This document shows, in pieces, positions 47,001-55,128 of a DNA stretch of 64,000 nt. The stretch's first letter is position 1, and each line of letters starts with the position of its first letter. The stretch covers positions 29,806 through 93,805 of the forward strand of contig JBEIFH010000002.1 of assembly GCA_040382515.1 (NCBI GenBank). The letters are read 5' to 3'. The translations under genes were made by a program, and so were the position numbers. Under the pieces are notes generated by a model. That model worked only from the letters and a program-made list of their open reading frames with translations. It ran no database searches and was not told where the DNA came from. Origin of the DNA: Chlamydiia bacterium. Its GTDB lineage: Bacteria > Chlamydiota > Chlamydiia > Chlamydiales > RGXB01.

Positions 47001-49710
47001 AAGGAATGAGATCACCGCATTCACAGGCCCCTCCGGTTCCGGTAAATCGTCCCTAGCCATACAAACCATTTTTGCCGAAGGTCAAAGACGCTACTATGAA
47101 ACGCTGAATGCGTACGCCCGCCAATTCATCGATCAGATGCCGAAACCTAAGGTGGAATCTATTCACGGTCTGTCCGCTTCGATTGTGATCGAGCAAAAAA
47201 GGCATGCCGGAAATCCCCGATCTACGGTCGGCACCATCACCGAAATACTGGATTATCTTCGCATTTTATACGCTAAAGAGGGAATCGCCGTTTGTCCTGA
47301 AACAAAAGAGCCCCTTGTCCACGTCACAAAAGAGTATGTGGCTCAAGATCTTTTAGAAAAATATCCGGATGAAAAGTGCATTGTCCTTGCCCCTTTAACG
47401 CTAAAAAAAGAAGAGACCTACCAGGATCTTTTGAGCGCTTACATGAAAGAGGGTTTTTTACGTGTGCGCATACAAGGTGTCATTTACGAGCTCCAGGATG
47501 AACTCCCCTCGACCGGCGGACTGAAAGAATCTGTTGAGCTGGTGATCGACCGGATCCAAATCCAGCCACAAGGAAAAAAAAGACTTTTGGACGCAATTGA
47601 GACGGCAACCCAAATCAACCCCGTTTCGATTTTGTTTTTGATCGGAGATACCTCCTTAAACAAAAAAGGGGCTTCGATAAAGCCTGCCAAGTATTTTCTG
47701 GCCTTTTCGGCCCCTTCGACAGGAAAAACGTATCCTAAAATAGAACCGAAAACATTTTCTTTCAATGCGGATGAGGGGATGTGTACGACGTGTGAAGGGA
47801 TCGGATCTCTGAGTACAGTCGACCTTAGAGAGGTTCCTAAACTTTTCAAGTTGCCGCTGAAAGATATCATAGACCACCTTTTGAACTACGAGTACTCCCC
47901 TATCCGCACCCTTTTGAAGCTTTTCACCGATGCCGGTATAGATCCCAAGGAGCGGCTGGATAAAATGTCCGAGGAGCACTTGTCGTTTGTTCTTGAGGGG
48001 GATAAAGAAAAGAACAGCGTCTATAGATGGATCGGGCTCCACCCCTTTTTTGAAAGGCTCTTCCGTTTCGGCAAAGCCCCGCAAAAAGAGGCCCTAGCCC
48101 CATTATGCCAAAACAAAGCTTGCCCAAGTTGCAAGGGTTCGCGCCTAAATGCCCTGGCATCAAATGTCCACATTCAAAACACCACTCTGCCCCAATTGTT
48201 GCACAAACCAATAAACGAGGCTTGTGCTTTTCTAAACCGGCTTGAAGTTCCCTTGGCACTCGAGGATGTTTTAGAATCTATCTTGAGTAAGTTAAAGCTT
48301 TTAATCCAAATAGGTGTCGAGTATTTATCCTTGGACAGGACCTCCCTTACACTTTCAGGCGGTGAGATCCAACGGATTCATTTGGCACGACAGCTCGGCG
48401 TCAATCTTAGCAACTGCCTTTACGTTTTAGACGAACCTAGTATCGGTCTGCACCCTCATGACCACCAAAAACTCCTGGATGCTTTGATTCAATTAAAAAA
48501 GGAGGGAAATACTCTCCTTCTGGTAGAGCATGACCCGATGACGCTCCAGATAGCGAAGACCATCTTCGAATTTGGTCCTGAAGGGGGTGAAAAAGGGGGG
48601 CAAATTCTTGCCAAAGGCTCTCTTGAAAGCCTTGAAAAAGACCCCAAAAGTATCACCGGGTCTGTTCTTAGAAAAGAACTTTTTTACAATCGCAAGAAAA
48701 AAGAGATCGATGCCTCGACAGAGTGGATTGAGATCAAAAATGCGACCAAATACACACTCCATGATGTGCATTTAGAAATTCCGAAAAATAGGATCACTGC
48801 CCTCACCGGGGTCTCGGGCTCCGGGAAATCGACGCTTATGCATGAAATTCTTGCCCCTATTTTGAAAAAGAGCACTGTTTCTAGAAAACGTTTTGATTCT
48901 TTTTCACTCGATGGTTGTACGGTAAGCTCGATGAAAGAGTTTAAGCATCTCATTTTCGTAGATCAAAATCCGATCGGGACCACCTCACGTGCAGACATCT
49001 GTTCTTATACCGATCTATTGGGGAATTTCCGCACTTTTTATGCAGAGCTAAAAGAGTCGCAAGCTTATGGTCTGATGCCTCGCCATTTCAGCCCAAACCA
49101 TATTCAAGGGATGTGTACGGAATGCTTTGGCCTCGGCCATATCGAGGTAAAGCTGCAGCTATTACCCCCGGCAAGAAAAATATGCCCCCTATGTCAAGGC
49201 AAACGGCTCTCGTTGATTGCTCTAAAAATCAAGTACCGGGGCTTCAGTCTCGGAGATCTTTTCCAGATGCGCGCTGTCGATCTTTTGGACATGTTTTCTT
49301 TCCATCCCAAAGTTGCCCCGATCCTGCAGCTTTTGATCGATGTAGGGATGGGAAATTTACAGATAGGGCAAGAGGTGCAAACTTTGTCACATGGGGAATC
49401 TCAAAGATTGAGATTCGTCAGAGAGCTTGTCACCCCTACAAAGGGGCCTGCCCTTATTTTTCTCGATGAACCGACGACAGGTTTGCACGATGCGGACATC
49501 CTGAAACTTCTCCCTATTTTCGACAGACTCATCGACAGGGGGGACACCCTTTTGATCATCGAACACAACCTCACTGTTCTTAGACAGGTGGACTATCTGA
49601 TCGAAATGGGGCCAAAAGCCGGAAAGGAGGGGGGAAAGATTGTCGCCTACGGCCCCTACAAGCAGTTTGTTGAAGAACAAAAAGGGGTCACCGCCCCTTA
49701 CCTTTTGTAA
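44074..49710 (+). CDS. uvrA: Excinuclease ABC subunit A, tandemly duplicated single-chain form (two complete UvrA modules, 1878 aa)
   Basis: Four Walker A sites (GVSGSGKSS, GVSGSGKSS, GPSGSGKSS, GVSGSGKST). Four signature motifs (LSGGEAQR x2, LSGGEIQR, LSHGESQR). Four Walker B sites (LDEPS/T.GLH). Paired CxxC zinc modules occur in both halves. Module 2 starts near aa 955 (nt about 46936). Confidence 0.95.
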   Translation: MPHNEIVLKNVRVHNLKGVNLSLKTNQLIVFAGVSGSGKSSLAFDTIYMEGQRRYLESLTTFAKRHIGGLKKPEADSIEGLTPCIAIEQKTIGRNPRSTVGTMTGVYDFLRVLFARAGIPRCPDTLEPLSKLSKESIHRQLLKDFLGEAIYVLAPVLENKRAEAKELIQNFYKKGYTQARLNGKLIELDSETEIDLTQSIHLQIVIDRIKVESKGEKRLMEAIENALRIGQKKFSILNRDTGQETFFSTESYAFSTKKSYPTLEPFHFSFNHPEGMCPTCEGLGTEKTFQLETLVVQDKSIPEGALDAITPFDTQIWGNIYTNLARIYKFNLHTPFQELSDKAKKILLDGTEDKYLTMVFVHPKTREKTTQYIPWKGIKHELKKRYNEAKSELYKEKFKEFIIDIPCSLCGGARIDRFAKVTLFHGKMIHELTRLSLKELGEFFSQLSIDPADVVIAEELIREIQRRLYFLIDVGVGYLSLERTSSTLSGGEAQRVRLASQLGQGLVGTTYILDEPSIGLHPSDNLKLLKTLRDLTRQGNTVIVVEHDEETIRHADTIVDVGPLGGEAGGEIVGLGKVEDLIRSKKSITGMYLSRKKQIPIPAKRRQPTGFLQIKGAEHHNLKSIDVSFPLGVFCAVTGVSGSGKSSLVNDILFPVTSNRLMQSKLMHGAYKSIEGLEQLDKVIMIDQQPIGKTPRSNPATYIKVFDAIRDLFASLPESLALGFKAGRFSFNVKEGSCLSCKGMGLIRIDMDFLEDSWIECPHCEGERFDPRTLSVKFKGFNIYEVLELSVDEAEKLFEAIPSIAKKLYMLQEVGLGYMKIGQSSTTLSGGEAQRIKLAKELSRPSTSKTLYLLDEPSTGLHFEDIQKMVKILNKLVEKQNTVLVIEHNLDLIKIADWIIDLGPKGGQEGGYLMAEGTPEMIAKSSSPTGQFVKDALNDTLKFTTHQVASDEKPITHIEVKNASQNHLKNIDIRIERNEITAFTGPSGSGKSSLAIQTIFAEGQRRYYETLNAYARQFIDQMPKPKVESIHGLSASIVIEQKRHAGNPRSTVGTITEILDYLRILYAKEGIAVCPETKEPLVHVTKEYVAQDLLEKYPDEKCIVLAPLTLKKEETYQDLLSAYMKEGFLRVRIQGVIYELQDELPSTGGLKESVELVIDRIQIQPQGKKRLLDAIETATQINPVSILFLIGDTSLNKKGASIKPAKYFLAFSAPSTGKTYPKIEPKTFSFNADEGMCTTCEGIGSLSTVDLREVPKLFKLPLKDIIDHLLNYEYSPIRTLLKLFTDAGIDPKERLDKMSEEHLSFVLEGDKEKNSVYRWIGLHPFFERLFRFGKAPQKEALAPLCQNKACPSCKGSRLNALASNVHIQNTTLPQLLHKPINEACAFLNRLEVPLALEDVLESILSKLKLLIQIGVEYLSLDRTSLTLSGGEIQRIHLARQLGVNLSNCLYVLDEPSIGLHPHDHQKLLDALIQLKKEGNTLLLVEHDPMTLQIAKTIFEFGPEGGEKGGQILAKGSLESLEKDPKSITGSVLRKELFYNRKKKEIDASTEWIEIKNATKYTLHDVHLEIPKNRITALTGVSGSGKSTLMHEILAPILKKSTVSRKRFDSFSLDGCTVSSMKEFKHLIFVDQNPIGTTSRADICSYTDLLGNFRTFYAELKESQAYGLMPRHFSPNHIQGMCTECFGLGHIEVKLQLLPPARKICPLCQGKRLSLIALKIKYRGFSLGDLFQMRAVDLLDMFSFHPKVAPILQLLIDVGMGNLQIGQEVQTLSHGESQRLRFVRELVTPTKGPALIFLDEPTTGLHDADILKLLPIFDRLIDRGDTLLIIEHNLTVLRQVDYLIEMGPKAGKEGGKIVAYGPYKQFVEEQKGVTAPYLL

Positions 49711-49902
49711 AGAAAAAAAGGGGCTTAAAACCCCACCCCCGCCGGGTTCTATTTTGTGAGCGACTGGTTCTAAGGTTTAAGGGCTAATGAGATAGATCAG
49801 CCCTTTTGCAGGTGAGACGGGAATAGGGATTTCCAAATGGTTAAATATTTTTTTAATTTTCAGCCCTTTTCCTAAAAGGGGGTCTTCTGTTAAAGTATAT
49901 AT

Positions 49903-49993
49903 GAGGATTGGCTGAGCGATGCGGCTCGAACTGAGTCAGGGCGGGAACGCAGCAGCTATAAGAGTACCGTTCGCGGCAGCCAATACCTCTTTT
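49903..49993 (+). ncRNA. ffs: Signal recognition particle RNA (small 4.5S type)
   Basis: Domain IV core GAGUCAGGGCG-GGAA-CGCAGCAGCU matches the conserved UCAGG...GGAA...AGCAGC helix-8 motif. Closing helix gaggattggctg / cagccaatacctc. A U-rich tail follows. Confidence 0.8.
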
Positions 49994-49994
49994 C

Positions 49995-50954
49995 TCAAAA
50001 AAGATCCAACTCAATACTTATATTCGCCCCGTAGAATACATAGTGATTTTTCCTGTAAATTCCTGTTTTTGTAAATACCTGACCGGGCTGGGTCAAAGCC
50101 GATCCCAAATAATTTAGACTTTCTACGCCAAAAGCCCCTTTAATCCGGAGCCTATCGAACAGATTGATCCCCAAGTAAACATCCCCTTGTAAGAGGGTGC
50201 TTGGCCAAGAATTTGTGGCATAGAATACATAATTAGAAGCTGAGCTCAAAGGGATGCTTTGACTTACGGTAGAGCGCTGCCTATAAACATCTGCGTAGAC
50301 CCCGAAAGACCCCCTTAACCCCCAAATAAATGGGGCAGGAGTTCCTATGATCTCTGCATAACCCCGAGCTCCGATAAAATGGTTCGTGGCTTCTATTATG
50401 TATTGTTTTAAATATGTAGCGGAACTGAGTGTTTGGTCTAATTCATCCATCAAGTAAATGTACGAGGGGCCTACTAAGGCCCGTACCCCAAAAAACTTGT
50501 CATAAAGGGGCGCTATGTTCCATAAAAAAAGGAGGTCCCCCGACTCATATTTCATCCGGTAATCTTCAATCACTTGAGAAGCGTCCGTAAAGCTTATCGG
50601 GGTGGTGGGCGAGATCTGAAGGCTGTATGTTAGAGATGTTTCGGTTGTAGAAATTGCATAGACCTTCTTCCATTCTAGCAAACCTAAAAAGCGTGCCTCC
50701 AATCCAAACTTTTCGGTTGGCAAAATGGCGGCGCGCGCAAAAAGGCCAGGGACCCACTGATTGATTTTCGCGACTTTTTGAGCCGAGATCACAGGGGCTG
50801 TGGTTGTTCCAATCGTTTCATAAGCCAGAGTTGTCATAGGAAGGTGCAGTCTGGCCCAAGGGGTGGCACCTGCCTCTAATTCGAGATGTTTTACATCTGA
50901 GAATAGGACTTGGTGCATGCAAAATAACGTGGGTACCAAATAAAAAAACTTCAT
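49995..50954 (-). CDS. Putative outer-membrane beta-barrel protein (porin/MOMP-like candidate)
   Basis: Signal-like MKFFYLVPTLFCMHQVLFS. Alternating beta-strand pattern throughout. C-terminal ...YGANISIELDLF ends in Phe. Low cysteine content. Confidence 0.6.
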   Translation of the reverse strand: MKFFYLVPTLFCMHQVLFSDVKHLELEAGATPWARLHLPMTTLAYETIGTTTAPVISAQKVAKINQWVPGLFARAAILPTEKFGLEARFLGLLEWKKVYAISTTETSLTYSLQISPTTPISFTDASQVIEDYRMKYESGDLLFLWNIAPLYDKFFGVRALVGPSYIYLMDELDQTLSSATYLKQYIIEATNHFIGARGYAEIIGTPAPFIWGLRGSFGVYADVYRQRSTVSQSIPLSSASNYVFYATNSWPSTLLQGDVYLGINLFDRLRIKGAFGVESLNYLGSALTQPGQVFTKTGIYRKNHYVFYGANISIELDLF

Positions 50955-51213
50955 AAAAAAAACCCCTCTATAAACATCCTGAAACAATATTAGGCCTCTT
51001 TCTAATGAGGTCTATTAAAAGACAAAAAGTCTTTTTTTAAAACAGTGTATCCCATTTTTCAAAAAAAAACCTAAAAGGATATTTTTGATCAAGACGTAAC
51101 CCTTTTTTCAAGGCCGTTTTATTCTGGATCCAAAAGCAACAATTTAATCTTTTCTTAAAAAGTTGTTGATTTAGAATGCATCCATCCTTTTAAAATTATC
51201 AAAAAAGGTTTTC

Positions 51214-54021
51214 ATGCTTCAAGGTATTAGAGGCTTTCTAGGCAGGGCCACAGGTCATATGCTGGGCAGTCTCAACCGTCATCTTATGCATCGTGTCGCC
51301 GGCCCCTCACCCGTTGGTCTTGAGGATTTACTGAAGATTTGTGAAAGCAGCCAAAATCCCGAGAGGGTTGCAGATCTTAGAGGACGTATCGCACAACTTT
51401 TGTCAGAACCGGAAAACCATGCCATAAGACAAAAACTTGAGAGTTGGATCCAAAAAATTGAGATGGTAACAGATGAGGATCTCATAGCAACTATCAGGGA
51501 GATTCAGCTTGACATTCAGGACACCATTGTTGTCCAAAAACCGATCTTTGGACATATCTCGGCTCAGATAGGGCAAACGCTGAACCAGGTATTCAAAACA
51601 GCGCCCGACTGTCTGGTCAAGGCTCACCTGCAGCTTAGTCGTAAAAACCTTAATCTCCCTTTCGATAGAGATCATCTTCTTCTCCATTTGAACTCCTGCA
51701 GGGAAAAAGATTTTTGGGATGATCGTCAACTAGGGGCCCTTTCCCAGGCTATTTTATGCTTGGAATCGGGAGAGGGAAACTGTGACTGGAGGAACCTTCA
51801 GGAGATCTTGGCAGGTAAAGAGAGTGAGCTTCATGGTGCGATATTAATAAGTTCCGACCAAATACGATCGAAAACACAACTTTTTCTTAATGAGTGTCTC
51901 AACACGATCGGGTACGGTCTATTTAGAAACGCCGATCCGGTGCGTAATAAAATTGAACTCAGTATGGATATCATCAGGAGAGCAACCCTTGCCGAAAACC
52001 CCCACCTCAATCACCCAGATCTTTTCAACCATCTCGCAAACTTGATACTAACGGCACGAGCTATTTTTATCGACGACAGGCAATTTCAAGCAAATGTCGA
52101 TGCTTTGGAGCTTTTATGTCGTCAAAAAGAATCTAATCCGGAAGAGCCCGTAATTTTTCTTCAAAGGGCTTACAGATGCCTCCAAAATTTTCTCCCCTTT
52201 TTTGAATCTGCCGGAATTGCGGTAAAAATTTATGAAACAGTGTTTTCCACCTTTTTTACCCAAAAAAATGAACAGATTATCTCCACAACCCACTTACCCT
52301 ACAACAGGTCCCATGCAAATCTGATTGAATTACCGAGTTCGCCTTTTGAAAGCCCAAGAGGAGATCCTAAAACCCGTCTTTTGCTCCCTATTGGGGAAAG
52401 TTGCCAAATACACCCAAGAGAAGAGCTGAATTGTGATCTGTTGATCGAGGCTCTTAGGCCTTGGGCCGACACCTTGAAAACAGATCTCTTTTGCAGCCTG
52501 ACAGGGAGCACGAGCACCTCTCTTAGCCTATTTTCTAAACGAAGGAAATCTTTTTCGCAAATAAAGGGGGAGGTTTGTCAGAATTTTGTTAGGGGCGATC
52601 TGCACCTTTTAGTGCCACTCAAGGAGGTGCTGGCAGAAAGATTCGAGCCCTGGTTTGATGCCATCTGTAATTTGTTATTTACCAAATGGATCCCTAGAAT
52701 CTACACCAATTTGCAAACGTTCCTTGATACATCCTCCGAGATATCGGTAGCTCCCTTAAAAAAATTGAATCTTACCATTAGACAGCTATCAATAGATATA
52801 CAGCAGTACAGCACCCTTTTGACGGTTACCTCTAGAGATGAGTATTTAAAACATAAGCGCTTAGAAGTGCAAAGCTCTTGGAAAAACACCTTAAAGGCTC
52901 ATTGGCGCATCAGCGGGATTTTAAGTCGGGAAATGATCGATGATTTTAGTTATCTTAAACTCTTTCGTTTGATTGTTCGAGACAAAAGGAACACCCTTAA
53001 AAGACTATATTCTACAACCGGGCCCAAAGAACTCTTTTACGTTGCCGACGTAGTAACAAAAAAATGCCTAGAGCTTCTCTTGCGTATTTTTTTAATGGTA
53101 TTGCCCTACCAACGGGTGATGGAGGCTCTGACGGACAAATTTTTGTCATCCAAAAATCTTATAAAAATATACAGGTCCTGTTTAGAGTCTCTTTTGGATG
53201 ATTATAGAAAAGGGGCAAAAAGCCATTTCAACAAACTTTTAGGTGCAAATGTCGATCCTAGCGCCTCTAAAGAACTGGTGAAATCTATCCTGGAAATCTT
53301 CCCGAGGAATAGTGGGATGGATTCGGAGGGTCTTAAGAACAACCCTTTTATGCAGATCCCCTCACTTTTGAGGGCTCTCATTTATGAAAAAGGGGGTCAA
53401 GGGGTTGCTTTGTTGTGGGGGAACGTTGTAACACCGGAATTTTTCTTGGATTTACAGAAAAGTCTTATCCAAATCATAAAAACCGCCCACACAGACACTT
53501 CATTTGAAAGTTTGGATTTACAAAAACCGATTGATTTGTCCTTAGTCGACCTGGAACATGCTATCTGCGTATACCTGGTCAGGGATCTTACCTCAATAGA
53601 GGTTCCCGACGAGTGGGACGCAGGGCTTGAATATATCAAAAAACAAATTTTATCCCTTCCCGTGCAGACAGAACTTTCCGAATTTGTCCCCTATTTTGAA
53701 AAGCTTAAAAGAGAGGTTACCAATTTAATCCAGCAGCAGAACTCACCTCTTTCCGGTCTGAATTTAAAAACAATCACCCAGTATCTCAATGAAATCAACG
53801 AGCTGGTAGAAAGCCAACAAGATCCGTCTGAAAAAATAGGACAATTCAAAATAGAAATCGCACAGCTAAAACAGGATCGTCCGCCAGCAAAAGGGAAGAT
53901 GAAATTTATGGAACAGATTCTTATCGATGCATTCCAATTAGGTTTTATCCACCTAAGGGAATGGATGCTCGATAAGGAGTTATTTAAAAGAGTTTTAGCA
54001 GACCAGCTTCTACCGAATTAA
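51214..54021 (+). CDS. Large hypothetical protein (935 aa), no TM segment or signal peptide; helix-favouring Leu/Glu/Lys/Gln-rich composition
   Basis: Uninterrupted long ORF with its own AT-rich upstream region and a downstream terminator. No motif recognised. Confidence 0.6.
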   Translation: MLQGIRGFLGRATGHMLGSLNRHLMHRVAGPSPVGLEDLLKICESSQNPERVADLRGRIAQLLSEPENHAIRQKLESWIQKIEMVTDEDLIATIREIQLDIQDTIVVQKPIFGHISAQIGQTLNQVFKTAPDCLVKAHLQLSRKNLNLPFDRDHLLLHLNSCREKDFWDDRQLGALSQAILCLESGEGNCDWRNLQEILAGKESELHGAILISSDQIRSKTQLFLNECLNTIGYGLFRNADPVRNKIELSMDIIRRATLAENPHLNHPDLFNHLANLILTARAIFIDDRQFQANVDALELLCRQKESNPEEPVIFLQRAYRCLQNFLPFFESAGIAVKIYETVFSTFFTQKNEQIISTTHLPYNRSHANLIELPSSPFESPRGDPKTRLLLPIGESCQIHPREELNCDLLIEALRPWADTLKTDLFCSLTGSTSTSLSLFSKRRKSFSQIKGEVCQNFVRGDLHLLVPLKEVLAERFEPWFDAICNLLFTKWIPRIYTNLQTFLDTSSEISVAPLKKLNLTIRQLSIDIQQYSTLLTVTSRDEYLKHKRLEVQSSWKNTLKAHWRISGILSREMIDDFSYLKLFRLIVRDKRNTLKRLYSTTGPKELFYVADVVTKKCLELLLRIFLMVLPYQRVMEALTDKFLSSKNLIKIYRSCLESLLDDYRKGAKSHFNKLLGANVDPSASKELVKSILEIFPRNSGMDSEGLKNNPFMQIPSLLRALIYEKGGQGVALLWGNVVTPEFFLDLQKSLIQIIKTAHTDTSFESLDLQKPIDLSLVDLEHAICVYLVRDLTSIEVPDEWDAGLEYIKKQILSLPVQTELSEFVPYFEKLKREVTNLIQQQNSPLSGLNLKTITQYLNEINELVESQQDPSEKIGQFKIEIAQLKQDRPPAKGKMKFMEQILIDAFQLGFIHLREWMLDKELFKRVLADQLLPN

Positions 54022-54023
54022 AA

Positions 54024-54068
54024 GAGATACATCTGCCCCAATCACATTAAAGCAGATGTACATCTTTT
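54024..54068. terminator. Bidirectional rho-independent terminator candidate
   Basis: gagatacatctgc ... gcagatgtacatc stem (9 bp, a 2-nt bulge, then 3 bp) with a 15-nt loop. TTTT follows on the + strand and CTCTTT on the - strand. It lies between convergent genes. Confidence 0.5.
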
Positions 54069-54079
54069 GAGACAGGAAA

Positions 54080-54229
54080 CTACTTGTTATTCCCTTTTTT
54101 CGTGCACTTATCGCACTTATCACAATTTTTATTTTGTGTGTTATTCTTTTTATTCATCTGACCATTACCGCAAGAAACAAGACCTGCCGATACTAAAGCA
54201 AATGTTGCATAACTTAAAAACTTCTTCAT
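54080..54229 (-). CDS. Small lipoprotein (49 aa) with CxxCxxC basic tail
   Basis: Not in the track: MKKFLSYATFALVSAGLVS-C-GNGQMNKKNNTQNKNCDKCDKCTKKGNNK. It has a lipobox LVSC, and GAGAGG lies 5-6 nt upstream of the ATG. Confidence 0.55.
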   Translation of the reverse strand: MKKFLSYATFALVSAGLVSCGNGQMNKKNNTQNKNCDKCDKCTKKGNNK

Positions 54230-54336
54230 ATATACCTCTCTATATCTTTTATTTAAAAAATTTTAGTATATTTAGACAAGAAAAAATTTAAAAATTTTTT
54301 AGTGATTATCAGTTAGAGTGTTATGGAGGATAAGCT

Positions 54337-55128
54337 TTACCCCTTAATTTTCCCCATAAAGCGGTCAAACTCGTCAGGTGTTTTAGAGAAAATTGTGATT
54401 TCTTTGTTTAGGAAGGGGTGTGAAAACTGCAACATGTTTGCATGCAGATACATACGCTCATATTTTTTGGTTTTTTCCCCATAAAGAAGGTCCCCCACTA
54501 TCGGGTGACCCACAGCTTTGAGGTGGACACGTATTTGATGGGTTCGACCGGTTGTAGGGGTGCACGCGACCATTGTAAAATGGGGGGTCTCGCTCATTGG
54601 TTTGATATGGGTTATAGCCTTACGCCCCGTCGGAAGAACACCAAAGTGCTCAAATCCCTCAATACGACCAACTCTTCCTATCGGAAGATCGATGGTGACC
54701 CCGTTTTTAAAATGGCCCACCACGATTGCCAAGTAACCCTTATGGATTTTTCTCTCCTTAAAGAGCTCCTCAAAGGCCCTTTGTGCCTCTTCTGTTTTTG
54801 CCCTTATGAGCAAACCGGAAGTCTCTTTATCTAATCGGTGTACCAATCCCTTGAACCGTTTGGGGTCACTCTCGACCCCTACCGGTTTGTCTATAACCTC
54901 GATATGGGAGTCGTCGTAAATGACGGTGAACCGGATCTTAGATTTTTTCTGTTCCGTTAGAGGTGCAAGTCGTAGCTCGACCATGTCCTGGCGGCGACAA
55001 GGTGTCGTTGCAACCCTATGCATTTTTCCGTTCAAAAATGCGTATCCTAAATCAATAAAAGAACGTATCTTTGTTTTTGTGTATGCCCCATCCGCAGCAG
55101 CAAATAGTCGGTCTACAAATTTTTCCAC
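54337..55128 (-). CDS. RluA-family pseudouridine synthase
   Basis: HRLDKETSGLL (catalytic Asp) and GRTHQIRVHL. N-terminal S4-like segment. Confidence 0.85.
   Translation of the reverse strand: MEKFVDRLFAAADGAYTKTKIRSFIDLGYAFLNGKMHRVATTPCRRQDMVELRLAPLTEQKKSKIRFTVIYDDSHIEVIDKPVGVESDPKRFKGLVHRLDKETSGLLIRAKTEEAQRAFEELFKERKIHKGYLAIVVGHFKNGVTIDLPIGRVGRIEGFEHFGVLPTGRKAITHIKPMSETPHFTMVACTPTTGRTHQIRVHLKAVGHPIVGDLLYGEKTKKYERMYLHANMLQFSHPFLNKEITIFSKTPDEFDRFMGKIKG

Noticed and set aside
44235-49680. More than 15 short ORFs on both strands inside uvrA (e.g. 45278..45682, 47656..48084, 49113..49469)
   Set aside because: All are nested in the continuous 1878-aa UvrA frame, which carries conserved motifs throughout. 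They are shadow ORFs.
49711-49760. ggggcttaaaacccc hairpin just after uvrA as a terminator
   Set aside because: It has only a 4-bp stem and no adjacent T-run. The hairpin at about 49789-49818 is a better but still unproven candidate.
54067-54291. 74-aa plus-strand ORF in the track
   Set aside because: Its composition is implausible (Tyr/Phe/Ser/Cys-rich from AT-rich sequence). The opposite strand carries a small lipoprotein ORF with an SD sequence and a lipobox.
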